Assembly (NCBI RefSeq): GCF_009834535.1
Contig: NC_045705.1
Location: 62,806,001-62,870,000 of the forward strand
Direction: 5' to 3'
Source: Camelus ferus
Lineage: Eukaryota
DNA: 64,000 nucleotides
In this document: in pieces, positions 15,276 to 28,001 of the stretch
How positions within the stretch are numbered: position 1 is the first letter of the stretch
How the letters are laid out: each line of letters begins with the position of its first letter
Translations under genes and position numbers: made by a program
The notes under the pieces: model-generated
What the model saw: the letters and a program-made list of their open reading frames with translations, nothing else
Database searches by the model: none
Told to the model about the DNA's origin: nothing

Positions 15276-15354
15276 GTGGCAGGTGCCCTGGCCGAGGCAG
15301 GTGTGGGGCTGGAGGAGATCACAAATCGGGTGAGCGTGGTCGCCAAGGCCATGG
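15276..15354 (+). CDS. TKFC: TKFC exon 6
   Basis: VAGALAEAG...VAKAM; 79 nt. Confidence 0.98.
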
Positions 15355-15545
15355 GTGAGTGCCGGCCCGGGGATCGGGAAGAGGGTGGGGAGGTTGTGGC
15401 CAACCTTGGACTAGGAGCAGGCTCCCCGCAGCAGCACAGGAGGCCTTCCAGGTCACTGCCCTGCGGCTGTGGGAGGGTCTGCCTGAGGGAGCTCCTGAGG
15501 CCTGGTGACCTCAGGTCCCAGAGCCGGGTTCTCTTGCATCCCTGA

Positions 15546-15875
<330 letters not shown>

Positions 15876-16373
15876 TAAGTGAGCACATGAGGCCCTTCTG
15901 GCCCAACCTGCCTGATTTCTGCCAGCTTTGCCCTCCACACCCAGGGCTCTGGCCACACAAGGCCCTGCCCTCCTCCTTGATTTTGCTTGCACCATTCCTG
16001 GGTCTCCTGACCCTGCCAAGATGCAGCCCTTCTTTCAAAAGCCATTCAGAGGCCAGCCCAGCTGCAAAGCTTTCCCTCTTTCTCCCCCATGCTTCCAAAG
16101 TGATGGGCAGAAGCGTCACGTGGGCTGGCTGTGACTGCCTCTAGTTAAAGCTACTTGACTAGTTAAATGTTAAGTCCCAGCTGTCTCCACCAGCAAGCCA
16201 TAGCTCCCAGGGAGCAGAGACCGTGTATCTTTCATTATTTTGTCCGTTCGCCCTGACTCCCCACGTACACAGTGCCTGGTCTAGTGCCAAGCACTTAGTA
16301 AATCCTTGACCAGAACATGCTGAGTGAGTCCCCAGGCCCTGAGCAGGTCAGTAATGACAGTGTCTACCTACAG

Positions 16374-16408
16374 GGATCCACGGGGAGGCTGGCGTGCGCC
16401 GGATAAAG
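16374..16408 (+). CDS. TKFC: TKFC exon 8
   Basis: IHGEAGVRRIK, including the catalytic His; 35 nt. Confidence 0.97.
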
Positions 16409-16482
16409 GTAGGTGGACTCCCTGGCCCAGGCTGGCCAAAGACCTAGGCCCCCGACGCACTTACTTCCACTCCGTCTGACAG

Positions 16483-16567
16483 ATGGCAACGGCCGACAAG
16501 ATCGTGGCGATCATGCTCGACCACATGACGAACTCCTCCAACGTGTCCCACGTACCTGTGCAGTCCG
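16483..16567 (+). CDS. TKFC: TKFC exon 9
   Basis: [15 protein letters not shown]...PVQS; 85 nt. Confidence 0.98.
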
Positions 16568-16658
16568 GTGAGGAGCTGTCACTGTCTGTCTCCCAGCCTT
16601 TCCCCTCCTCTGGGAAGGGGGCCCAGAGGGCCTCACCTGTTGCCGTGTCTGTCCACAG

Positions 16659-16748
16659 GCTCCTCCGTGGTGCTGATGGTCAACAACCTGGGTGGCCTGT
16701 CATTCCTGGAACTGGGCATCATAGCCGATGCTGCTGTCCGCTCCCTGG
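16659..16748 (+). CDS. TKFC: TKFC exon 10
   Basis: [17 protein letters not shown]...RSL; 90 nt. Confidence 0.98.
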
Positions 16749-16879
16749 GTGAGCCCCACTCTGGAAGGGGACCTCCTGATCCCCAGAGCTTATTCCTTCC
16801 TGCCCTTTGAAGCTGGACATGAGAAAAGCAGCTGAGATAAGGTCTTGTGATGGTCCAGGGCATGGACTGTGCAGTCAGT

Positions 16880-17075
16880 CAAGCCCGAGTTAGATGGTCA
16901 CTCTGCTACCTACTTGCGGGGTGCCTTGAGCCTGTTTCCATGTCTATAAAGGAGGGAGGGGGATAAAAACAGTACCTGCCTTATGGGCTTGTTGTGAGGA
17001 TTAAATGAGATTAAACATATATAAAACACCGTGGTACCTGGGACCTGGTAAGAACCCAGTCAAGTGAGACTTGTA
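16880..17075 (+). mobile_element. MIR SINE
   Basis: gagcctgtttcc...gggcttgttgtgaggattaaatgaga. Confidence 0.7.
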
Positions 17076-17096
17076 ATTACTCATCTGCCCCAATAG

Positions 17097-17573
<477 letters not shown>

Positions 17574-17755
17574 TGATTCTGGAGGAGTTGGTATTAGGAT
17601 CCCCTCAGGGACCCTCCCCCTTCCCTTGTACGCGGTGGGCACTCAGTTCCTGCTTGTTGAGATGAGGAGAACTGGGCTACCAGGTTGGAGTCCAAGCCCC
17701 ACCTGATCCCGGGCCAGCCAGCCTGTCTCTAAGAGAGTCACCCTGCTGTCCCTAG

Positions 17756-17875
17756 ATGCTGACACCACTGCATCAGCCTGGCCTAACATGGCCAAGGTCT
17801 CCGTGACTGGGCGGACGTGGATCCGAGCCGCCCCCACCGAGCCCCTGGAGGCTCCTGACTCCACTGCTACAGGAG
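17756..17875 (+). CDS. TKFC: TKFC exon 12 (K-L linker)
   Basis: [14 protein letters not shown]...DSTATG; 120 nt; phase fits both neighbours. Confidence 0.96.
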
Positions 17876-18048
17876 GTACCAAGCCGCGCTGTTGGGGAGG
17901 GTGGCCCAGGGCTTTGGCCTGAGGCCCGAAGGGTTCAGGGTGTGCAGAGGGGTGTGCAGGGGCCCTGGCACCCATGCCTCCCACACGGGTCAAGTTCGGT
18001 TATGAGAAGGGCCAGGCAGGCCTCTTCCCCACTGTCCTCGCTCTCCAG

Positions 18049-18186
18049 GCACAGACTCAAAGCAGATGGTGCTTGTGCTCGAGCGGGTGTGCACCACCCT
18101 CCTAGGCCTGGAGGAGCATCTGAACGCCCTGGACCGAGCTGCTGGCGACGGGGACTGTGGCACCACCCACAGCCGCGCTGCCAGAG
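18049..18186 (+). CDS. TKFC: TKFC exon 13
   Basis: [13 protein letters not shown]...[14 protein letters not shown]; 138 nt. Confidence 0.98.
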
Positions 18187-18529
18187 GTCAGTGCCAGGGC
18201 CTGCCTGGGGCGGGAGAGGGTATGGTATGGCTTGTTGATCCCGAGATTTTTGTATTTTATGAACCAAAGCAATTGCAAAAACATCTGGGGTGCTTACATG
18301 GGGTTGGCAACTTTTATTTTGCCAAGAGAGGTTGTTCTCAAAACCTAGCACTTCTTCACCTATTTTAATAAAAAAAAGATCGTCCTAACACTACAAATGT
18401 AGGAAGGTTGTTATCGCAGAGTAAAATGTAATCTTTTACAGTAAATAATAACGTTAGATTCAAGGGAAGCTCATTCTGTTCTTATTTTTCTCAGCTTACC
18501 CAGACTAGGGAAAAGCTCTTAATTATCCA

Positions 18530-18720
18530 GCATCATTCAGTCAAGAAAAATTTATTGAGTACTGACCACGGGTCAAGTGCTGCCTTGACTCCATGGATAC
18601 AATAGTGAGCAGAGCAGATTAAAATCGCTGCCCTCATGGCTTATGTTCCTGTAGGAGAGACAAACCATCAAGGTAAATCAGTAAAAGATGAAAAAATGAA
18701 GCAGAGAAACAAGGAGGCTT
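18530..18720 (-). mobile_element. L2 LINE 3' end
   Basis: cattcagtcaagaaaaatttattgagtact...tgccctcatgg. Confidence 0.65.
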
Positions 18721-18944
18721 CACCTGGTGGTGACCACCAAGGTCCCAGTCAGTGACCATTTCCCACCCCTCTCCAGACTGGACGCAGGACATAGAAAGGG
18801 AGCCATGGGAATGTCTTCATGCTGGTTCCCTCAGCCTCTCCCAGTGCCCATTCCTTCTGCCTGGCAGGGAGGCCTGGGTTCTTGGCTGGGGTGCAGGCAG
18901 ATGGGAGGGAGGGTCTCTGAATACCTCGCCATCTCTGCCTGCAG

Positions 18945-19051
18945 CAATTCAGGGCTGGCTGAAGGAGGGCCAACCCCCTGCCAGTCCCGCCCAGCTACTC
19001 TCCAAATTGTCCCTCCTGCTACTAGAGAAGATGGGAGGCTCCTCTGGGGCA
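18945..19051 (+). CDS. TKFC: TKFC exon 14
   Basis: IQGWLKEG...MGGSSGA; 107 nt. Confidence 0.98.
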
Positions 19052-19087
19052 GTGAGTGCTGGCAGCCCCCTGGGGGTGGATGGCTGA

Positions 19088-19261
<174 letters not shown>

Positions 19262-19396
19262 TGAGCCAGAGCCCTGTGCCTTAGACCAGGGGTGGGCTTG
19301 GGGAGGGGGTTGAGGTCCCCTGCTCCCAGCCAGGCCCTCCCCTGACCCCTAAAGTGATTCCTTGCAGTGAGCCTTGTCTGTTCTCTTCCCTGCCAG

Positions 19397-19430
19397 GTAT
19401 GGAAAGGCTGCCCCTGGGGACAGGACTATG
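19397..19430 (+). CDS. TKFC: TKFC exon 16
   Basis: YGKAAPGDRTM; 34 nt. Confidence 0.97.
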
Positions 19431-19535
19431 GTGTGTATTTGGCCCAGCCCTTCCCCCCTTTGAGCATAGAAGCCCTGAAGGCCACCCTCAGTGGCAGGGC
19501 CTGTTATCAGCCCCTCTCTCCCTCACCTTGTCCAG

Positions 19536-19625
19536 CTGGATTCTCTGTGGGCAGCAGGACAGGAGCTTCAAGCCTGGAAGAGCCCAGGGGCTAATCTGTT
19601 CCAAATCCTGACCAAGGCAGTCAAG
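19536..19625 (+). CDS. TKFC: TKFC exon 17
   Basis: [11 protein letters not shown]...TKAVK; 90 nt. Confidence 0.98.
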
Positions 19626-19984
19626 GTGAGTGAGGCTGGGCCCAGCCAGCCAGGGATACAGACCTGGAGCCACTAGGCTCCCATCTCCAAGTTAACATCC
19701 TTCCTGTACCGCAGGTTCCTCCTCTAAAGATGGAGGACAGTACCTGTGTCTGAGGGCTGCTGTGGGGCTGAGGAGACAGAGCCCCAGCACAGGGTCTGGG
19801 ACGCAGCAGGCCTTCAGTAAATGGTGGCCCCTTGCCCTGCTAGAAGTGGGTGGGAGGTGACCTCTCCCACCCTGGTGACAGTGCAGAGGGTCCTGGCAGA
19901 GTGGGACAGGAGGGTCTGGGGTCCATGGTGGGAAGGAAGCCTGGTACCCTCTTCTTTAACCTGCTCCCACACCCCACCCCTCAG

Positions 19985-20146
19985 AGTGCAGAAGCTGCAG
20001 CAGAAGCCACCAGGAACATGGAAGCTGGAGCTGGAAGAGCCAGCTACATCAGCTCCGCGCGGCTAGACCAGCCAGACCCCGGGGCGGTGGCGGCTGCTGC
20101 CATTCTCCGTGCCATCCTGGAAGCCCTGCAGGGCCAGGGTGCATGA
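19985..20146 (+). CDS. TKFC: TKFC exon 18 coding part
   Basis: SAEAAAEAT...GRASYIS...LQGQGA then TGA at 20144-20146. Confidence 0.98.
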   Translation, partial: SAEAAAEATRNMEAGAGRASYISSARLDQPDPGAVAAAAILRAILEALQGQGA

Positions 20147-20508
20147 CTGCCTCCCAGGGCCTCAGGGCCTCTCACTGCTGTGCTCAGCGACCACTGTCAC
20201 TGATTTCTGGCTTCTAAGTCACCCTCCCCCACCTCTCGCCCTCAGGGCCTTCCCTCTGAAGCTTCCAGAATTACTCCATTGTAGAAACTGCAGGCCCCGA
20301 GTGGGTCGCTGCCCTCTTCCTCTTCAGGGAGGGTTAAGTCCTACTGTCACCTGGCTCTGTCCCCAGCCAACTCTGGGCTTCTGTGAGGAGGCTCTCCCCT
20401 CTCCTGGGTGGCAGCCCAGCCTAGAACTGTTAAGGACATCCACACATACCAAGACTCCCTGTGAGAGGCCTTCTGCACCTGAACTCAGCCGGTGTGAAAA
20501 AGGAAGCT

Positions 20509-20514
20509 AATAAA
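20509..20514 (+). terminator. TKFC polyadenylation signal
   Basis: AATAAA about 360 nt after the stop codon. Confidence 0.75.
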
Positions 20515-21248
20515 CCACACTGAAGCAGAAGAGCTGCTGCTGCCTCTGAGGGACCTTTAGCCAAGCGTGTGAACAAGTAGGTGCACTAATGCCCCAGGGA
20601 CTAAGACCCGTGCCCCTGGCTGAAGTGATCATCTCCCACCTCCCACCACCTGAAACCCACAGGCAGGGTCTGTGCAGCTGGGCCGACTCCACTGGGATCC
20701 CCCTTCCTGTCCTTCCAATACACACCCCACACCTGATGGCGTGCTTTTCTCAGCACTAAACAGAACATACTGATTGTTTAGGAATCAAATGGGCAGGTGG
20801 GTCACCAGAAGGAAAAGAAATCAGCACATTCTAAGGCTTGGTGGTAGAACAGAAACTGCGCCCAGGCCAGCCCGGGTCTTTAGAGCAATCATCGATGGCC
20901 CCCGGGAGGCCGGGAGGGGCTGCTGAGTCTGCGGGGTACACGGTGGAGACGGCGCAGTGCACGCCTGGCCCAAACCTGGTGCCAGGGAGCAGTTAGAGGC
21001 ACCAACATGGACTCACTTCAGACACAGCTGTGACTTTTAATCCTCTTTCTGCTTCAAACTAGCTACGAAAAGTCAGGCTTATTATTTAGCCTTTTAGAAT
21101 CTATAAATTCAGAATGATGCCCATCTCATGCGGATGCAGAAAGGAGTCAAATGAACTGACAAAGTCCCCAGCATGGTCTAGGTGCTTCCTCACTGGGAGT
21201 TACTATGATTGCTGGTGTCTGCGTCCAGCTCCTTCCAGGTCATCTGCT

Positions 21249-21267
21249 CCACCACCAGGTGGCATCT
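21249..21267 (+). promoter_or_regulatory. CTCF motif candidate between the TKFC and CYB561A3 3' ends
   Basis: CCACCAGGTGGCAT core at 21252-21265. Confidence 0.55.
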
Positions 21268-21788
21268 ACAGCAGGTCACATTGGGAAGGGGGCCATCACT
21301 TATTCTGCCCAAACTTGGCTGCAGGCTTCAACCCCTGGACTTCTCTTTCTCTGCCTGGGTCCTTGTCTGTCACCCACACCATGAGTCCCTAACCACAAGA
21401 CATGGTTAGCCGTGTGCCCAGATGCACACAACCAGCAGCTAGGAAGGAAACGCTGGCATCAGACACTTGGCCTGTGGATCCCAACTCTGCCATTTCCTGG
21501 TTGGGTGACCTTTGGCAAGTCACTAATCTTTTTTGAGTTGTGTTCCAGGTTATAAAATAGGAAACATTTCCTTCCCCATAAGATCACCAAGTGCTCAAGA
21601 GCCATTCACTGTTAAGGACACCCACACATACTAAGAGTCACATGCGATTCCAGGAAGACAACCCTGTGGATTTTGGGGGCTTTCTGGTTTGCCCTTCCCA
21701 GGTCTGAGGGTCAGAACTATCCTGAGGCTTTTGCAAGTTGCCCCAGAGTTCATTTAACCAGTGTCACTTCAGCAAAGACTCTGATTCT

Positions 21789-21794
21789 TAAAAA
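21789..21794 (-). terminator. Candidate CYB561A3 polyadenylation signal
   Basis: ATTAAA on the minus strand, 1.4 kb after the normal stop, in an AT-rich patch. Confidence 0.35.
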
Positions 21795-23196
21795 CACATT
21801 TAATGAAAATTAAGCTTCATAAGTGAAATGCCTACCCGTTATGGAAAGAGGGGGAGCTGGTCCCAGGGCCACGGTGCCTGGCAGTCATTCCAATGGCTTT
21901 TGAGGGTTTCAGCCACTCCAGAAGTTCAGTCATAGCCTCCTGCCAACATCTGGCCACGTGGGGTGGGGTGGGATAGACAGTCAGCCTCATGGCCACCTGC
22001 CAGGGAGTAAGCCCATTCGGGACCCCAGGTGTCATGCTGCTTGTCACCTAAGCACAGCAGGATGGAGCCTGGGACCCAGCAGGGCGTGTTTGGAAGGCAG
22101 GAAGAGGCACAGCGCCAACACTGAGGAGAGGAGCAAGACCCGCCACCCCAGCTTGTCAGGGAGAAGAGCAACGGCTCACACTCTGGCTTAACATCTGAGA
22201 CTGGGTCTGGCCAGGCGAGCGGCCATTGTGGGTGCAAGTTGAGGCACTTTGACACTCAGCAAGGAGCACCTCTGGAGGTGGCCGTGGTTCCCAGGGCTCC
22301 GATGGGCACAACACACCACAGCTCTGGCACGTTTCATGCTGAGCCGGAGAGTGAAGGAGCTGGGTGAGGGCCCTGCCAAGAGAGCAAGGTGGAACCTGCC
22401 AGGGCACAGGCAGGGGAAGGAAAGGAGGTCCAAGGCACCCCTGCTACTCCTCGTGGGACAGCTCGGGGCAGGCTGTTCCCGGGTTCACAGGGCTGCCTGT
22501 CAGTGACAGGCATGTCTGTCACAGGGAAAGGCTGGCGTCCAGGTCCCAGTTGCAGCAGCAGCTAGAAGAGGCGGCGCCACAGGGCACGGATGATGCACGC
22601 AGACATGACAGGGCAGCAACGTGAAACAGCAGAGGGCAGCCGGCTCCTCAGCTTCGCCTCTGCGGGAGCGGCTCCGCGCCGTCCGGGTCCTCCCATCGCT
22701 GCGCCGTGTTCCCACCCAGCCTCACATCCAGATGGGCTGGATGGAGAAACGGCAGGTGAAGCCTGGCCCAGGGCGGGCGGCCCACACGAAACGCAGGCCT
22801 CAAGGGAAGGCTGGTGGGAAGGCCGCCTCCCTCACTTCTCACAGTGCGGACTGTCCCGGAGGCCCAGCTCGTCTGCGCCGTCGGGGTTTTCTACCACATC
22901 CAAGGGGCCAGAAGGGGAAATCGGCTTGACTTCATACGAGCAGGAGCATCGTGAGCAGCCAGGGCAAGGAGAGCCTGGGAAGTCAATGCCAAGAAGGGCG
23001 GAGAAGCCAAAGCCACCAAGGAACGCAGGTGGGCAGCAAGCTGTGGAGAGAGCAGGCCCAACAGAGGCCAGGGGAGCGTGGGGCCCGGACCCCAAAGCAA
23101 GTCTGTTGCTGAAACTGGACAGGAGCCCCAGGGAGAGCAGAGCTTCTGAAGAAGTCAGGACCACACACCAACTGCTCCCAGGAACCCCTTCCTGTG

Positions 23197-23220
23197 TCAC
23201 TCCCCACCACGCAACAGGGC
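23197..23220 (-). CDS. CYB561A3: CYB561A3 last coding exon
   Basis: CTAG|GCC CTG TTG CGT GGT GGG GAG TGA (ALLRGGE*); human ends PLLHDGE*. Confidence 0.88.
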   Translation of the reverse strand, partial: ALLRGGE

Positions 23221-23856
23221 CTAGGAAGACAGGCAGATGAAACACCGGTTAGTGGCTTAACATCAAAATGGCCCCTGACCTGCAGGAGATATGCCAGCCC
23301 TGAGCTGCTCAGACAGACCCCCAACCTGCAGGGTCAGTCCCAGCCCACACCACCGCATCTTTCAGGGAGGCCCAAAGTCCCTCCACCAATGCACACCACA
23401 CCCCATTTCACCATGTCCCTTAGGTGCCTAAGTACCTCGAACAGACAAAATCTGCCCCAGGCACTCAGCTTGTCTCCAGGCACCCACTAGATAAGCCCCA
23501 AAGCTGGAAAAGTAGAAATTACGACACGCCCTCATCATGCTCGAGCTCTTCTTTGGGACCACATTTCCCCTCATGAGACCACAGCAGTTTGGGGAGGGGA
23601 GTAACCCCTGTCCTCTCCCAATGGACAGGCCCCCAGGGGCTCCCGAGCCTGAGCAGCTGCACCTCCCGTGATGGCTGGGAGGTGCTGGTTTGCTACTGGT
23701 GCTCCCCATCAGCCAACTTCACCCCACCTTCCAGCTACTTGGTTTCCCCCCATTTTACTGGGTTGGCCTCCCCGGCGAGGCCCAAGCCTTAACTGGGTGA
23801 CCCTTCTCTAGACTCGGCTCTACTCCAACCTGGAATGGGAGACCAAGACCCCATAC

Positions 23857-24014
23857 CTGTCTTTCGGCCTGCATCCCCAGCTCTGGGCGTTTCCAAGACG
23901 AGGCCAGTAGGATATAGAGCACCAGCAGCCCGAAAGACCACCACCAGCATCCCAGTACTGTTGGCAAAGACAGCCTCACTGGGCAGGTTGGAGTACAAGC
24001 TGGTGCCATTTTTC
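23857..24014 (-). CDS. CYB561A3: CYB561A3 coding exon 4 (contains one extra T)
   Basis: KNGTSLYSNLPSEAVFANSTGMLVVVF in one frame, GLLVLYILLASSWKRPE...RQ in another; 158 nt. Confidence 0.95.
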
Positions 24015-24344
24015 CTGAAGATGACAAAACAGTGTGGGCCCTTAAGAAACTTTTCCACCTGTTTTTGCCCAGTGGGAGACTCAGTGCACTAACAGAGGAT
24101 GACAAAAGCTTCCCAGGGGCCCCTGTGTCCTGGAATGTTAACATACCCTCTAAGGCTCTGCCAAAACAGTGTCTACAGGATGCTGTGTACCTAAGGAAGC
24201 TGAAGCTCCCAGGGGTGAAATGAACTCGTCCAGAGTTACATAACTACGAAATGGCACAGCCAAGATCCAAACCCAGGTCTGACCTCAAATCTTGTTTGCT
24301 TTTCACTGTGCCCTAACTATCTCAAAAAATGGAGAAGGGTAATG

Positions 24345-24520
24345 GTTAGGCATGCAGGCTCTAGTTCTAACTCAAAGCTCTGCCCTTTACTGGAATTTAC
24401 TTAACCTCTCTGTCCTCTGTCCCCTAATTTATCAGTGGCAGTCACGTTATCAATGTGTAGGGTGTTTAGAGGATTAAATTTAAGGTGCTTAGAATAGTTT
24501 CTGCCACATACTAGGTTCTA
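24345..24520 (+). mobile_element. MIR SINE
   Basis: acttaacctctctgtcctctg...gaggattaaat...gtgcttagaatag. Confidence 0.6.
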
Positions 24521-24723
24521 AATCAATTTGATGCTGGATAAGTATTTGCTGACCAATTTACTAATCTCAACCTAAAGACTGACTCCATCACCTTCCAGAT
24601 CAGGAAGGAGCCCGATCCCAAGGCTCCCCTCCCTTGGATGGGTCCTATGATTATAAAGTGCATTTTTTGAGGACTCTGTTCTTTCCCCTACACCTTAAGA
24701 GCTGGGGGCCCCACTCCACTCAC

Positions 24724-24878
24724 AAGCTGAAGAAAAGCTTCTCATTAATGCCGGAAACAACAGACGCAATGGCCAGAGAGAGAATGGAGGCTCCAAAGAA
24801 GACGTGGAAGGGTTTGAGGAGGCTGCGCAGCTGCAAGGACGCCCAGGGCAGCAGGAAGACCACAAAGCCCAAGAGCCA
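24724..24878 (-). CDS. CYB561A3: CYB561A3 coding exon 3
   Basis: WLLGFVVFLLPWAS...GINEKLFFS; 155 nt. Confidence 0.98.
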
Positions 24879-25525
24879 CTGTGGACACAGGAAGTACCTG
24901 ATTGTACTGTGACCAAAGGTGCGCCAGGGCATCCACCCCACCAGCGTCCCCACCTGTCAGTGACCCTTCACCCCTTTCCCAGCTTGAACTTCCCACCAGG
25001 CATTGCGCCAGCACCACACCTCACTGCCTCACTGTGATCTGTTTCTCTTACACAAACAAGAATGTTACCTACATGGAATGCTTAGCTACCCAACTCTCCT
25101 GCAAACCCAGCCATCCTTGTTTGTCCCTGCTTCCTTCCTGTCTGGCTCACAAAACTCCTTACTTGTACAGAGCGGACATCAAAATAAGAACACTCCGTCT
25201 AGAACCGCTTCTAGTTGAGAGAGAGGTGGGAGTGGAGAAGGTGATGATTCGGAGTCAGTGTGGTGTGCGCTACAACAAACTTAGCTCAGAGTGCTCTGGG
25301 ACCACAGAGGGGCAGCGTGAGGGGTAAGAGCGGGAACAAGGTGAACGCGGGAACCACCAATCTCCCATAGCCTTTCAAACTGCTGATTCTACAGGATGTG
25401 TCCTGCGAGGCTACTGCCAGGCAGTGAACAGAGGGACTATTTGGTGCTGATGCAAGTGAAGCCCCAACCAGAGCCCACGGCTGCCAGCAGCAGTGGGAAC
25501 CCAAAGGAGGACAGAGAGAACCCAC

Positions 25526-25734
25526 CTGGCAGGCGAAGAGGAAGACGGCAGTGATGCCCAGCCAGCTGTGCAGAGAGTAGAGATGGGGGATCTTGCTATG
25601 GTTGTGGAAGTTAAAGACGGCAAACAGCCCCAGCACAGTCAGGATGAAGGCCATCAGGTGCATGGCTGCATGGCCGATTTTCCAGGGTAGCTTGGGCCCT
25701 ACCCATGACTGGGGCAGGCGGTACACCAGCGACG
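25526..25734 (-). CDS. CYB561A3: CYB561A3 coding exon 2
   Basis: SLVYRLPQSW...YSLHSWLG...FACQ; 209 nt. Confidence 0.98.
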
Positions 25735-26069
25735 CTGCAGGAGAGAGCAGTCCCAGGGTTTGTCCTCTCCCACTCGCTCACCCACACGTTAGGGGAATTA
25801 CCCTGACGTGATCTCAACCTCCCAGCAAGGGAAGAAGGAAATGCTAGGACATCAGTATCCACTCCTCAGCATCTTCCATCCCCGCATCATTTCTGGGAAA
25901 GCCATTAACCACGAAGTGGGGTGAGAAGGGACCAGATAAAAAAGGGAGAAGCAGGTCTCATGGATGCCATTCTGTCATTACAACAATAAATGCAACTTTT
26001 ACAAGTCAAAAAGCAATGTCACATTCATTGTTTCATCTAAGTGAATTCTCACAACTGAGGAAAGCTGTC

Positions 26070-26240
26070 AAGGCACAGGCTTTAAGGTTAAAACCTAGGT
26101 CCAAATGCTGGCTCTGCCTCTCAGCTATTTGGCTTCTTCTACCTAAATCTCAGTTTCCTCTTCTGTAAACTGGAGACAATAATAGAGCCCACCTGACAAG
26201 CTTCCTGTGAGAACAAAATGAGCTGATGTATGTGATGTAC
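26070..26240 (+). mobile_element. MIR SINE
   Basis: ctcagtttcctcttctgtaaactggagacaataatag...gtgagaacaaaatgag. Confidence 0.7.
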
Positions 26241-26428
26241 ACAAGGTGGGCTGCTATTATCAATGTCATCATATTCCCCTTTTACAAGTGGAGAACATGA
26301 GACTCACCTGGGCCCTGTGGCCCAGCTCTGAACACGTCGAGCAAAGATGGGCCTGGCAGGAGTACACAGATCCCTCCTGTAAGGACCTGGTTATGCCATG
26401 AGAGGCTTCAACCTCCTGCTGTCTAGAG

Positions 26429-27790
26429 CAAGGGTTGGCACACTACAGCTCACAGGCCAAATCCTGCCTATTTTTGTAAATAAAGTGGCTTTTTTCCATA
26501 TGCCCAACCATCATTTATTGAAATGAACATCCTTTCCCACCGCTCTGCAGTGCCACCTTGTCTGCCTGTCCACTTATTAATACCACACTGTCTTTATTAC
26601 AGGAACTTTATAATAAACCTGAAGAGATGGGAGAATAAGCCCTCCAACTCTGCTCTTTTTCAAAACCTGCCTGACTAATCTTGGCCCTTTTCATTTCAAG
26701 ATAATTTAAAATGATTGTCAATTTTCACAAAAATAAGCACTGAGACTCTGGGATTGAAAGCAACGTACAAAACAATTTCAGGAGAACTTCCATCTTGATG
26801 ATGTTTAGTCTTCCAATCCACTTACACAGTGGTATACCCCTCCATTTATTAGAGCTTCTTTAATTTCTCTGAATACAGTTTTGTATTTTTCTCTGTAGAA
26901 ATCTTATACAGCTTTGTTAGATTTATTCCTAGGTTATTAATGTTTATGGGTGCTATTATCAATCAAATCGTATTTGATATTAAATAATACTTTAAATCGT
27001 ATTAATTTTTTAAAATTTCACTTATTTTTTTCTGGTTTTATTGAGACATAATTAACATACAGCACTGAATAAATTTAAGGTGTACAGCATAATGAGTTGA
27101 CTTACATACATCATGAATTGATGACCACAATAAGTTTAGTGAACACTTGTCATCTCACATAGATAAAACACTAAAGAAATAGAAAAAAAATTTCTTCTTT
27201 GTGATGAGAACTGTTAGAATTTACTCTAACAATTTTCATACATAACATTCAGCATTGTTAATTATATTTATCCTATTGTACATTACATTCCTAGTACTGA
27301 TTTATCCTACAACTGGAAGTTTGTACCTTCTGACCTCCTTTATCCAGTTTCCCCCACACCTGACCTCTGGTAACCAGAAGTCTGATCTCTTTTACTATGA
27401 GTTTGTTTTTGAATTATAATTAACCTACAACACTATATTACTTTCTGTTACGTAACATAGTGATTCAATATTTCTGTACATTTCTGTCTATTTCTGGCAC
27501 CATCCCAAGATAATATGTAATTACTGACTGGATTCCCCACACCATGCATTTCACACCTGTGACTCATTTATTCTGTAACTGGAAGTTTGTACCTCTTGCT
27601 CTCCCTCACCTACTTCTCTCTTCCCCCCACCACCATAAATAAAGCTGACTGGAACACAGCCACTCGTGTGTTTCCGTGTTGCCTCTGGCTACTCTCACAA
27701 TACAATAGCAGAGCTGAGTAGCTGGACAGGACTCGCAAAGACTAAAATATGTACTAGCTGGCCTTTAACAGAAAAAGTTTGCCAGCCCCC
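26429..27790 (+). mobile_element. MER58A-like hAT MITE split by antisense L1 fragments (26486-27635)
   Basis: MITE 5' arm 26429-26485 and 3' arm 27636-27790 (...gaaaaagtttgccagcccc); TAAATAAAG duplicated at both junctions. Confidence 0.8.
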
Positions 27791-28001
27791 ATCCAAGAGC
27801 ATCTGTGAAGCTGCCCTTTTCAGATGCTCCTGTCCTCACTACTTCTTCCTCCAAATGACACCTAGGCCCAGAGACAACCCACCCCACCCCACTCCCATAG
27901 CCCAGAAGCCAACACTGACAAAGGCCAGGCCTGGAGAGGGAGAGCTCTGCCCTGTACAGGCCTGGGCCACACCACGTCTCCTCTGCTGACCTCGTACTCA
28001 C

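Noticed and set aside
22590-23240. 216-aa plus-strand ORF
   Set aside because: It lies antisense to the GC-rich CYB561A3 3'UTR and has no recognisable domain.
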